From Candidatus Woesearchaeota archaeon (lineage in GTDB: Archaea; Nanobdellota; Nanobdellia; Pacearchaeales; GW2011-AR1), in the NCBI GenBank assembly GCA_964600565.1, contig CAZRJS010000007.1, positions 1 to 34,945 of the forward strand: 34,945 nucleotides of DNA. The letters run 5' to 3'. Position 1 is the stretch's first letter, and every line of letters begins with the position of its first letter. This document shows positions 15,929 to 25,120 of this stretch, piece after piece. Under the pieces are notes generated by a model that ran no database searches, was not told where the DNA came from, and was given only the letters and a program-made list of their open reading frames with translations. Position numbers and translations under genes: made by a program.

Positions 15929-16177
15929 TTATAATCCAAGACCAATAATTTTACCCCTAATTAATCCACTTCTGTAGGCAAATTCTGATATTTCTTCAGA
16001 AGTAACTAACTGAAATTCTAGGCTATCTTTTAATCCAGAATTTTTTATTCTTGATAGTTCATTTAATCTTTCATTAAAGATTTCCCTTTGACTAAGTAAT
16101 GTATCCTCCATACAAAAAAGTTTTGAAAGATATTTATAAAGATTTGTGTAATGTATTTCTTTTAGAGAAATAGACAA
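15929..16177 (-). CDS. Hypothetical (82 aa)
   Basis: ORF only; no motif recognised. Confidence 0.3.
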   Translation of the reverse strand: MSISLKEIHYTNLYKYLSKLFCMEDTLLSQREIFNERLNELSRIKNSGLKDSLEFQLVTSEEISEFAYRSGLIRGKIIGLGL

Positions 16178-16207
16178 TTCTTTTTCACATGATTTGTTTT
16201 TATTTAA

Positions 16208-17722
16208 TTATTTGTTTAGTAAGTCTCTTATATTTAGAAGATTCTTTTCTTTTGCATAATTATTTATTATTTCCAAAAATAAATTCCCAAAATCATTTAA
16301 TTTTTTTTGCCCAACACCATTAATTTCTAAAAATTCCTCTTTATTTCTCGGGAGATAAGTTGCCATTTCTCTAAGAGAAACATCTCCAAAAATTATAAAT
16401 GGCGGTATATTTTTTTCATTAGCAATTTTTTTTCTTAAAATTCGTAATTTTTCAAATAGAATTTTTTCAAAAGGGATATTTTCCACAGCTTTTTTAATAA
16501 TTAGTTTTCTATCTGTAATTTCCTCTTCTATATCTGGAATATTTAAACATATATCACAACCTCTGCAATTATCTTCTAAAAATGATTCTCCAAGATAATT
16601 AAGTATGTTCTTTCTCCTACAAGAATTATTTTCACAATAAATCATCATTTTATTTAATTTATCTACTGCATTAGCTTTTGCAATATTGTCTTGAATTTGG
16701 TCAATGAAAAATTCATGTTTTTTTCTATCTCCTCTTGAATAAAATAAAACACAATCACTTTGCATACCATCACGTCCTGCCCGCCCAATTTCTTGATAAT
16801 ATCCTTCAATAGACTTTGAAAAGGTGTGGTGAATTACTAACCGAATATCTGGCTTGTCTATTCCCATACCAAAAGCAATTGTGGCAACAATAATATTTAC
16901 TTTATCTTTTAAGAATAACTCCTGATTTTCTTTTCTTATTTGGCTAGGAAGTCCTGCATGATATGGGAGAGCTTTGAATCCTTTCTCTCTCAAATTATTT
17001 GTAATTCTTTCAGAGTCTTTGCGTGAAAAACAATAAATAATCACAGACTCATTATTATATTTTTTAATTAGATTTATAATTTTATTAATAGTATTCTTTT
17101 TTTTCATAACAATTAAATTAAGATTTTTTCTATCAAAACTTGAAACAAAAATTTTTGAATTTGTTAGGGATAATTGCTTTAAAATATCTTCTCTTACTTT
17201 TAATGTAGCAGTTGCTGTCAAGGCAATTATTGGAACACCTGGAAAAAGAATTTTTAAAAATTTTAAGTTAAGGTATTCCTTTCGAAAATCATGCCCCCAT
17301 TCAGAAATACAATGTGCTTCATCTATTACAATTAAACTTATTTGAGATATCATTAAAAATATCCTGAAATTTTCAATTGCCAATCTTTCAGGAGAGATAT
17401 AAAGCATTTTAATTTTTTTATTTTGGATTTTTTCTTTTATCTCTTCAATTTTATTAAATGAAAGAGAAGAATTAATATATTCTGCAGCAACTCCGTTTGA
17501 TTTTAGGTTATCAACTTGGTCTTTCATAAGAGAAATTAAAGGAGAAATTACAATTGTAAGCCCTTCTAATTTAAGTGCAGGAATTTGATAACAAATAGAC
17601 TTTCCTCCTCCTGTAGGCATAAGAACAAAAGTGTCTTTTTTTTGAAGAACATTTTCAATAATTTCTTGTTGCATTGGTCTGAATTTATCATAACCAAAAT
17701 ATTTTTTTAATAGTGATTCCAT
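16208..17722 (-). CDS. recQ: ATP-dependent DNA helicase RecQ (short form with RQC Zn site and HRDC)
   Basis: 504 aa. FGYDKFRPMQQEII, Walker A MPTGGGKS, DEAH box VIDEAHCISEWGHDFR, Cys cluster CRRK...CRGCDIC, and a C-terminal HRDC-like segment. Confidence 0.9.
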   Translation of the reverse strand: MESLLKKYFGYDKFRPMQQEIIENVLQKKDTFVLMPTGGGKSICYQIPALKLEGLTIVISPLISLMKDQVDNLKSNGVAAEYINSSLSFNKIEEIKEKIQNKKIKMLYISPERLAIENFRIFLMISQISLIVIDEAHCISEWGHDFRKEYLNLKFLKILFPGVPIIALTATATLKVREDILKQLSLTNSKIFVSSFDRKNLNLIVMKKKNTINKIINLIKKYNNESVIIYCFSRKDSERITNNLREKGFKALPYHAGLPSQIRKENQELFLKDKVNIIVATIAFGMGIDKPDIRLVIHHTFSKSIEGYYQEIGRAGRDGMQSDCVLFYSRGDRKKHEFFIDQIQDNIAKANAVDKLNKMMIYCENNSCRRKNILNYLGESFLEDNCRGCDICLNIPDIEEEITDRKLIIKKAVENIPFEKILFEKLRILRKKIANEKNIPPFIIFGDVSLREMATYLPRNKEEFLEINGVGQKKLNDFGNLFLEIINNYAKEKNLLNIRDLLNK

Positions 17723-17976
17723 TTTTTCAATTCTCCTTTTTATTTTTCTAGATAATTATAGTTTAATTGTTTTTAATACAAATAAAAAATAAATAGGGTT
17801 ATAAACATTTTTAGAGGTTTTTTTAGGTATATTTAAAAAATAATTTATCACGAAAAGAAAATTATTTCTTTAAAATGAAGTAAAAACCTAAAATAAACTC
17901 GCCCTTTATTTTTTCATTATTTTTCATAAAAATGAATTTTAGTTAAGTTAATAATGTGTTTTAATCTTTTCATTAT

Positions 17977-18849
17977 ATGTTTAGACACATTCCAGTTTTA
18001 CCAGAAGAAGTTTTAGAAAATTTTAGAAGTTTAAAAAAAGGAGAAATAATAATAGATGGAACAATTGGGAAAGGGGGGCATTCTAAACTTCTTTTAGAGG
18101 AAGGTTTTGAAGTTATTGGTATAGATAGAGATAAAGAATCAATAGAAGAGGCAGAAAAGAATTTACAAAATTTTAATATAAAAATTGTAAATGATAATTT
18201 TTCACAAATTAAGCAGGTTTTATCAAAATTAGGAATAAAAAAGGTTGGGGGGATTTTATTAGATTTGGGGGTTTCAACATATCAATTAGAAAAAGCAGAA
18301 AGAGGATTTGGTTTTGTAGGGGAATTGGATATGAGAATGAACCAGGACCAAAAATTAACAGCCAAAGAAGTTGTTAATGAATATTCAGAAAAGAAACTTG
18401 CAGATGTTTTGTATAAAAATGGAGAGAGGGTTAATGCAAGAAAAATTGCAAAAAGAATTGTAGATTATAGACAGAAAAGAAAGATTGAAACTGGTGGACA
18501 GCTTCTTAAATTAATAAAATACAGCCTTGATGAAAAATATAGAAAATCTAGAAAACATCACTGGGCAACTCCCACTTTTAGAGCATTAAGGATAGAAGTA
18601 AATAAAGATTATGAAAATTTAGAAAAATTTTTTGGGGTTTTTAGTAATTGTTTGAAAAAAAAGGGAATTTTGCAAATTATAACTTTTCATTCAATCGAAG
18701 AAAAAATTGTAAGGAAAAAATTAAGAGAATTAAAACAAAAGAAGGTTATAAAATTAATAACGAAAAGACCTTTTGAAGCAACTTTAAAAGAAATAGCAAA
18801 GAATCCAAAATCAAAAAGAGCAAAACTATGGGTTGCTGAACTGAGATAA
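17977..18849 (+). CDS. rsmH: 16S rRNA (cytosine-N4) methyltransferase RsmH/MraW
   Basis: 290 aa. HIPVLPEEVLE, DGTIGKGGHS, LLDLGVSTYQLEKAERGFGF, LDMRMNQ, FRALRIEVNKDYENL, ITFHSIEEKIV. Confidence 0.85.
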   Translation: MFRHIPVLPEEVLENFRSLKKGEIIIDGTIGKGGHSKLLLEEGFEVIGIDRDKESIEEAEKNLQNFNIKIVNDNFSQIKQVLSKLGIKKVGGILLDLGVSTYQLEKAERGFGFVGELDMRMNQDQKLTAKEVVNEYSEKKLADVLYKNGERVNARKIAKRIVDYRQKRKIETGGQLLKLIKYSLDEKYRKSRKHHWATPTFRALRIEVNKDYENLEKFFGVFSNCLKKKGILQIITFHSIEEKIVRKKLRELKQKKVIKLITKRPFEATLKEIAKNPKSKRAKLWVAELR

Positions 18850-18952
18850 CCCTAAAAAGTTAATTTTTAAAGATTTGCAAATAATTATTGTATTAATTAT
18901 AAAGGAGTAAATAATAGAAAGGTTTATAAATATTTTATATATTTAATAATTT

Positions 18953-19336
18953 ATGATTAATCGAACAATAATTGAAAGAATTAAAAATGCAAGAAAGTTT
19001 TTAGGAGTAAGCCCACAAGAATTAGTGGAGCAAATGATAGACTTCTATAAAGCTGGAGATAGTGCTGGAATTCAGGAAATGTTTGAAGAATATAAAAATT
19101 GGGAAATTAGATCTAGAAATGTGAAAAAATCTGTTAGCAATGTAATTAAAAGTAAGATAGTTAAAAATACCAAAGAAAGTATGGATTACCTAGCAAGAAT
19201 AGCTGATGGATATTTTGATAATGGTGTAATAGAAATTATTAATGCTAAACCATTACCAGAAAGTACTTCTGAATCCATTAGTCAATTTTATAGAGGGGCG
19301 ATAGGTTATCAACCATTTGATTCAAGTATGAATTAA
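18953..19336 (+). CDS. Hypothetical protein (127 aa)
   Basis: ORF only, with a TATA-like aaaggtttataaata ~25 nt upstream. Confidence 0.4.
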   Translation: MINRTIIERIKNARKFLGVSPQELVEQMIDFYKAGDSAGIQEMFEEYKNWEIRSRNVKKSVSNVIKSKIVKNTKESMDYLARIADGYFDNGVIEIINAKPLPESTSESISQFYRGAIGYQPFDSSMN

Positions 19337-19425
19337 ATCAATTATATATTTTATTTTCCCCCTTAATTTAGTTAATATCAAATTTAAAAAAAGTTTTATA
19401 TATAAGATGTTATTAATATAAAAAG

Positions 19426-20637
19426 ATGGTAAATTATTTTTCATTTGCATTTAAAAACTTGAAAAAAAGAGGAATTAGGAGTTGGCTAACTCTTCTAGGA
19501 ATTTTTATTGGGATTGTTGCAGTTATTTCTTTAATCACACTTGGAAATGGACTAAAAGAGGCTGTTAATTCTCAGTTTGGTGTTGAATCAACACAAATTA
19601 TAAATATTCAAGCAGGGGGTTTAAATTATGGTGCTCCAGGTTCAACAGTTGTAAATCCTTTAACAAAAGAGGATACAAAAGCTATTCAGAGATTAAGCAC
19701 TATAGAATATGCAGTCCCGAGAAATATTAGATTTGGGTCAATGGAATACAATGATAAAATTGAATTTGGATATGCAGTTAGTATTATTGAGGGTTATGAA
19801 AAAGAAAGTTATGAAATGATGGATTTAAAAGCTGAAAAAGGCAGATTGCTAAGTTCAGGAGATTTAGGAAAAGTTATTTTGGGAAATACTCTCTCAAATG
19901 GAAATAAAAATGGTTTTGATAAGGATATTGATGTTGGAAAAAAGATTCTTATAGAGGGTGAGAAATTTACAGTTGTAGGGATTATGGAAAAAAAAGGCAG
20001 TTTTATGATAGATGGAATTGTTTTAATGTATGACCAAGATTTAGAAGATTTAATCGGTTATGGCGATGATGTTGATATAATTGGAGCCAAAGTCAAAGAC
20101 AGTAATTTAATGGATAGGGCAAAAGAAGATATTGAAAAATTATTAAGAAATAGAAGAGGTGTTAAAAAAGGTGAAGAAGATTTTAAAGTATCAACTCCAG
20201 ATTCTTTGTTAAGTCAGGTTAATAGTGTGTTAAATGCTATCCAGATATTTATTGTGCTTATTGCATCTATAGCAATTTTTGTTGGAGCTATTGGAATTGT
20301 TAATACAATGGCAACTTCTGTTGTTGAGAGAAAAAAAGAAATTGGAATTATGAAAGCTATTGGAGCAAAAAACAAACATATATTTATGCAATTTTTTGTT
20401 GAGTCTGGATTGATGGGACTTATTGGAGGTGCTCTTGGAATTATTTTTGGTTTATTAATTGGATTTCTTGGAACATTAGCAATTAATAATTTTGTTGGGG
20501 CAGAAACAACTCCAGATATAAATATCCCTTTAATCTTCTTTGCCTTGCTTGGAAGTTTTATAGTTGGCTCTGTTGCAGGAATTATTCCGGCAATGAAAGC
20601 AGCAAAACAAAATCCCGTGGAGGCATTAAGAGGATGA
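19426..20637 (+). CDS. MacB-like ABC transporter permease (FtsX domain with large extracytoplasmic loop)
   Basis: 403 aa. N-terminal FAFKNLKKRGIRSWLTLLGIFIGI, a ~230-aa periplasmic-type domain, then a C-terminal three-TM FtsX module ending NPVEALR. Confidence 0.85.
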   Translation: MVNYFSFAFKNLKKRGIRSWLTLLGIFIGIVAVISLITLGNGLKEAVNSQFGVESTQIINIQAGGLNYGAPGSTVVNPLTKEDTKAIQRLSTIEYAVPRNIRFGSMEYNDKIEFGYAVSIIEGYEKESYEMMDLKAEKGRLLSSGDLGKVILGNTLSNGNKNGFDKDIDVGKKILIEGEKFTVVGIMEKKGSFMIDGIVLMYDQDLEDLIGYGDDVDIIGAKVKDSNLMDRAKEDIEKLLRNRRGVKKGEEDFKVSTPDSLLSQVNSVLNAIQIFIVLIASIAIFVGAIGIVNTMATSVVERKKEIGIMKAIGAKNKHIFMQFFVESGLMGLIGGALGIIFGLLIGFLGTLAINNFVGAETTPDINIPLIFFALLGSFIVGSVAGIIPAMKAAKQNPVEALRG

Positions 20638-21839
20638 TAACTCCACAAACAATAAAATATTCTCTAAGGAATATGAAACACAAAAAAACAAGAAATTTTT
20701 TCACGATTTTATCAATTTTTATTGGGATAACAACAATTTTTATTTTTATTAGTTTTGGACTTGGCCTTTATACTTATATAGGGGATCTTACTGAGGGTTC
20801 TTCAGCAGATAAGGTGATAATCCAACCTAAAGGAGGAACTTTAGCCATGTTTGAAAATCATGTGGAGTTTACTAATGATGACTTAAAAGCTATTGAAAGA
20901 GTTCCCGGGGTTTATGAAGTTTCTGGATCGTATTTTAAAACAGTTGAGATTAAGATGCAGGATAAAATACTTTATACTTTATTAATGTCTTACGACCCTG
21001 AAAAGCCAATTGTGCTGGAATCTTCAAATGTTAAATTAGAAAAAGGAAGGGAGTTGAGCGATAATAAAAGAGAAATTGTTTTAGGATATAATTATATGAT
21101 TGATGATAGAATATTTCCAAAAGCCATAAGATTAAATCAAAATATAGAAATGAATGGAGAAGACATAAAAGTCGTTGGATTTTTTAATGAAGTTGGAAGT
21201 AAACAAGATGATGCTCAAGTATATGTTTCAAATGATTATATGGATAAACTTTTTCCTGATGAAAATCTTTCTTATGGTTGGATTGTAGCTAAAGTTGATA
21301 TAAAGAATATTGATGGTGTTGTAGAAAAAATAGAAAAATCATTAAGAAGAGAAAGAAATCTTGATGAAGGTAAAGAAGATTTTCATGTACAATCTTTTAA
21401 TGATTTGATTGAAGGATTTTCCAGTGCACTTAATATTGTGATAGGATTTATTATTTTGATTGCATTAATTTCAGTTTTGGTTTCTGCAGTAAATACAGCG
21501 AATACAATGATTACTTCTGTTCTTGAAAGAATTAAAGAGATAGGGGTGATAAAAAGTATTGGTGCAAGAAATTCAGATATACTTGGAATATTTTTATTTG
21601 AATCCGGTTTCATAGGGTTTGTTGCAGGAGTTGTGGGTGTTTTAATTGGTTGGGCATTAAGTGCATTAGGAGGAGCAATATTAACTAATATGGGATATGG
21701 ATTTTTGCAACCAGATTTTCCCATAATTCTTTTTGTTAGTCTTATAATCTTTGCAACACTTACAGGGGCAGTCTCAGGAGTTTACCCTGCAATTAAAGCA
21801 TCTAAGATAAATCCTGTTGAAGCACTTAGATATGAATGA
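20634..21839 (+). CDS. MacB-like ABC transporter permease, second paralog
   Basis: 401 aa with the same architecture, ending NPVEALRYE. 4-nt overlap with the first permease. Confidence 0.85.
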   Translation: MITPQTIKYSLRNMKHKKTRNFFTILSIFIGITTIFIFISFGLGLYTYIGDLTEGSSADKVIIQPKGGTLAMFENHVEFTNDDLKAIERVPGVYEVSGSYFKTVEIKMQDKILYTLLMSYDPEKPIVLESSNVKLEKGRELSDNKREIVLGYNYMIDDRIFPKAIRLNQNIEMNGEDIKVVGFFNEVGSKQDDAQVYVSNDYMDKLFPDENLSYGWIVAKVDIKNIDGVVEKIEKSLRRERNLDEGKEDFHVQSFNDLIEGFSSALNIVIGFIILIALISVLVSAVNTANTMITSVLERIKEIGVIKSIGARNSDILGIFLFESGFIGFVAGVVGVLIGWALSALGGAILTNMGYGFLQPDFPIILFVSLIIFATLTGAVSGVYPAIKASKINPVEALRYE

Positions 21840-21994
21840 GACTTTTACGATGAATAAGAATTTATGATTTTTAATAATCGGAAGAGATTGCAATATGATT
21901 AAAGTGTTAGCGAAAAAATTTAGGGGCAAAACAACTATTTAAAAAATAATTTTTTTAGCATATAATTAGGCATAACCAAATTTATCAGATTAAT

Positions 21995-22864
21995 TTAATG
22001 GCGTTCCTTTCTATGGGCTCTTTCTTTCTTCTTTCTTCTTTTTCTTAAAAATCCCCAAACAATTAATCCAATTAAGGCAATTACAATAAAAATAGTTGTC
22101 CAGGAAATTCCATTTTTTTCTTGAGTGTTAATAAAATAAGATGAGTCAAAATTTATTGTTTTCATCAATTCTCTTCTTGCTCCTGTTTGATCTGTATAAA
22201 AAAGTTTAATTTCAATATTCTTGCCTTTTATTATTCCCTTAAAATCTGCTGTTGTGTATTCATTAGAATCCAAATCTCCAACAATAACTCTATTAGTTCC
22301 GCTAATCTGGATATTCTCTTGTTTTGGAATTTCTAAAGTTAAAGCTTCAACATCAACATCAACGATATTTAAAACCTCAATTGTTAATTCTTTAGTTGCA
22401 TAAGAATAATCATCTATATGAAGTTCAAAATCTGCATGAGTATCTTCAACTTCAAGATAAAATGTTTTTAGATTTGCAGAGGCATTTAAATCTCCAGTAC
22501 CATATTTCATATCTATTGGGTTTTCTCCATTTAATGCATTTTTATCAAGTCTTACTTTATAAGGAATAATCAAATATGAATTATAATCCTTAGTATATGT
22601 TCCCCCAAGAAATTTTTTTATTAATGTTTCATTTGGATCAAATGAGATAGGGTATTGTTCTATTAATTCAAAAGATAATTCACCACAATTAGGATTTTCT
22701 ATCCCTGTAATTTGAAAAACAATTTTGACATAATCACCAGGTACAGCAGGATAAGGATCTTGATTTATCATTGTTACACCAAGAGTGCAAGTTTCAGAGG
22801 CAGAAACTAGATTAAAAATAAAAATACAAGCAATTATACTTGTTATTAATACATTTTTTTCCAT
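21995..22864 (-). CDS. Secreted, C-terminally anchored S-layer-like/CARDB-like surface protein
   Basis: 289 aa. Signal peptide, beta-rich repeats (NQDPYPAVPGDYVKIVFQI), a C-terminal TM helix and a KRRKKKERAHRKERH tail. Such proteins commonly sit next to MacB-type transporters in archaea. Confidence 0.5.
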   Translation of the reverse strand: MEKNVLITSIIACIFIFNLVSASETCTLGVTMINQDPYPAVPGDYVKIVFQITGIENPNCGELSFELIEQYPISFDPNETLIKKFLGGTYTKDYNSYLIIPYKVRLDKNALNGENPIDMKYGTGDLNASANLKTFYLEVEDTHADFELHIDDYSYATKELTIEVLNIVDVDVEALTLEIPKQENIQISGTNRVIVGDLDSNEYTTADFKGIIKGKNIEIKLFYTDQTGARRELMKTINFDSSYFINTQEKNGISWTTIFIVIALIGLIVWGFLRKRRKKKERAHRKERH

Positions 22865-23046
22865 ATTTTATTAAAATAATCTTTATTTATAAACTTTTTT
22901 AGTAAATATAAAATTTTTATAAAATTAATATAGTGTTTAAATAATCTATAAGGCAATAAATTATAATATTATTCTTATAAAAAATATTGTTACTAAAAAG
23001 TTAGTACAAAAGAAAGATTTATAAATTATTTAAATTTTTATTTTTT

Positions 23047-23730
23047 ATGACAACAGTTTTTGGTATAAAACATCCCCAGATTAATTTAGGAATTTTGGTT
23101 GCAGATAGGCAAACCACTAAATTAGATGATGAAACAGGAATACCTAATGGAAAATATTTAGTTAGAAAATTATGGAAAAGTAAAAATGAAAATTATTGTT
23201 TTGGGCACTCTGGAAATAGAGATAATGAAACAGAAGAATTTGTTAAAAAATTATCTGGAGGAAAATTTGATGTTAGAAAAATTACAAAAAAAGGTTATTT
23301 TCCTGAATTAAGAAAACTGAATATTAAAAGAATGGGAAAAAGGCTCCCGGATTTAAAGAAGATAAGTGGAATTATTCTTATGACTAGGTTTAATAAAAAT
23401 CCCGAATTATATACTTGTTTCCCTTTTGGAAGTGTTGAAAAAAGAGGATGGACTTGCACAGGAAGCGGAGATCAAAAAATAATAGAATATATGAACGCAT
23501 TACAAGTTATCTATGAAGCAGGAGATTATAAAGGGAATGTTTCTGAACCAGGTGTATCTGATGTTATTCGTATTGGGCTTGAAGCTGTTAGAAGATCACA
23601 AAACCAGGATTTATATTCTCAGGGATTAGATATGCTGGTTTGCAAACCAGAAGGAATTATAGACCACTATACAGATTTAGGGGATGATTTTGGAAAAAAA
23701 TTAAAGAAAATCCAAAATCAGTATAAATAA
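23047..23730 (+). CDS. Ntn-hydrolase, proteasome-beta/HslV-like, without propeptide
   Basis: 227 aa starting MTTVFGIK (Thr directly after Met). Has VADRQTT (Asp ~17-20), a Lys ~33-40 and GSGDQ (the GSG loop). Confidence 0.5.
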   Translation: MTTVFGIKHPQINLGILVADRQTTKLDDETGIPNGKYLVRKLWKSKNENYCFGHSGNRDNETEEFVKKLSGGKFDVRKITKKGYFPELRKLNIKRMGKRLPDLKKISGIILMTRFNKNPELYTCFPFGSVEKRGWTCTGSGDQKIIEYMNALQVIYEAGDYKGNVSEPGVSDVIRIGLEAVRRSQNQDLYSQGLDMLVCKPEGIIDHYTDLGDDFGKKLKKIQNQYK

Positions 23731-23809
23731 AATCCCTATCAAAAATTCTAAAAACAAAGATTTATATAGTAATATCAATTGATATAATCGTGAATTAAGA
23801 GTAGATAAA

Positions 23810-24088
23810 ATGCAATTGTTAAAAAGAAAAAATTCTAATGCAAGATCACCAACCTTGCAAACAGTATTAATGGTTGAAAAGTTTATTGAGGAAAATAGTG
23901 GAGAATATAAAAAAACAGAATTATTCAAAAAACTTCCTAAAAAAGTAATGTGGCAAACCTTTCAGGTAATTATGGAGTATTTAGAAGAAACATATAGAAT
24001 TCTTATTGAGAAAGATGGAATAATAACATATATCTGGAATCCAAAATTTTATGAGAAAATTAAGAACAGCCCAGAGGTTAAATTATGA
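23810..24088 (+). CDS. Hypothetical small protein, possible antitoxin partner
   Basis: 92 aa with a 4-nt ATGA overlap with the downstream toxin-like gene. No motif recognised. Confidence 0.35.
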   Translation: MQLLKRKNSNARSPTLQTVLMVEKFIEENSGEYKKTELFKKLPKKVMWQTFQVIMEYLEETYRILIEKDGIITYIWNPKFYEKIKNSPEVKL

Positions 24089-24403
24089 AATCTAAGATTA
24101 AATTTATTGATTATGAATTAGAAAATGTTTTTAATTCCTTGAATAATGAAGATCCGATAAAAAAAGCATTAAAGAGAGCAATTGAAAATATAAAACAAGA
24201 TCCTTTAGCAGGAAGAAATGTAATAAAAAAACTGATTCCCAATAAATTAATAAAAAGATATGGGAATAAACAATCTTAGGATTTACAATCTGCCTTCTGT
24301 TTGGAGAATGTTATATACAGTAACATCTAATGGGATAGAGATTGTCTCAGTTATTTTAGATTGGATGAATCATAAAGATTATGAACGGTTATTTAAGTTT
24401 TAA
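24085..24403 (+). pseudogene. RelE/ParE-superfamily toxin, interrupted by a +1 frameshift
   Basis: Frame 1 gives ...DPLAGRNVIKKLIPNKLIKRYGNKQS*, stop at 24277-24279. The +1 frame continues INNLRIYNLPSVWRMLYTVTSNGIEIVSVILDWMNHKDYERLFKF*, stop at 24401-24403. Removing one A in gggAataaac (~24265) restores ...KRYGINNLRIY..., a typical toxin core. Confidence 0.6.
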
Positions 24404-24450
24404 TAAAAAATTATTTAATTATTTTTTTAAAAATATGTGTTTTCTAGTTA

Positions 24451-24699
24451 TTAAAAACAACCCCAAATTTGCATTGCTCTAAAAAGAACATAGAACCAAC
24501 TAAATATTCCATGGAGAATTGCCCAAAGAATTGATGTGTTTTGAGTATAAGATAAAACAATTGCAAGAGCTGAACCAAAAATCCAGAAATGCCCTCCATG
24601 GCAAGTATAATTTTTCTTTCTCTTTTGTTCAGCACGAATTACTTTATCAAGATTTCTAACTTTAATATCAATATCAGGCCTCTTTTTTTCCCTCACCAT
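24451..24699 (-). CDS. Small two-TM membrane protein
   Basis: 82 aa. Basic N-terminus, then two hydrophobic helices (FWIFGSALAIVLSY and ILWAILHGIFSWFYVLF). Confidence 0.4.
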   Translation of the reverse strand: MVREKKRPDIDIKVRNLDKVIRAEQKRKKNYTCHGGHFWIFGSALAIVLSYTQNTSILWAILHGIFSWFYVLFRAMQIWGCF

Positions 24700-24734
24700 T
24701 TTTTAATTTAATGAGAAAGACTATAAAAAGTTAT

Positions 24735-24995
24735 TTAATCATCTTCTTTATCAAATTTCATAATTTTTATATTTTTCATTAAATTTTTATTTGGAGCAAT
24801 TCCCCTATATATCTTTTCAAATTCTTTCGAATCTAATTCAATAATCCCTGAGCTGTTTTTTCCTCTAAAACAAACAGCAATAGAAGCATCTTTAGGAGAT
24901 AATAAATCTTCATTTATCAAAATTTCTTTTACCTGTCCAGAAGTTTCAAGTTTCACAATCCCATCAGGATTTTGTTTTTTTATCTTGATTTCCAT
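24735..24995 (-). CDS. Hypothetical protein (86 aa)
   Basis: ORF only. Confidence 0.35.
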   Translation of the reverse strand: MEIKIKKQNPDGIVKLETSGQVKEILINEDLLSPKDASIAVCFRGKNSSGIIELDSKEFEKIYRGIAPNKNLMKNIKIMKFDKEDD

Positions 24996-25120
24996 ATAAA
25001 ATTAAGCCAGAGATTACTTATAAGAATTTGTTGTGTTGAAAGTAGTCTTAGAATTATAATCATTTATTGAATTCTGATTTATTAAATTAAAAATATGAGA
25101 TTCTTCTATGTTCATGAACT

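Noticed and set aside
20214-20648. 144-aa ORF antisense to the first MacB permease gene. The same applies to the other ORFs antisense to or nested in annotated genes: 594..824, 3217..3435, 4148..4378, 4150..4365, 8055..8270, 8257..8463, 12642..12872, 13166..13351, 14446..14718, 21383..21724, 22221..22403, 23701..23928, 24444..24635, 25478..25681, 26446..26658, 26761..26952, 27355..27537, 28586..28768, 29969..30154, 32185..32385, 33709..33906.
   Set aside because: All lie inside, mostly antisense to, ORFs with clear family signatures. Their translations are low-complexity Ile/Phe/Leu/Ser-rich mirror images, as expected from AT-rich coding DNA. None has a plausible promoter or SD.
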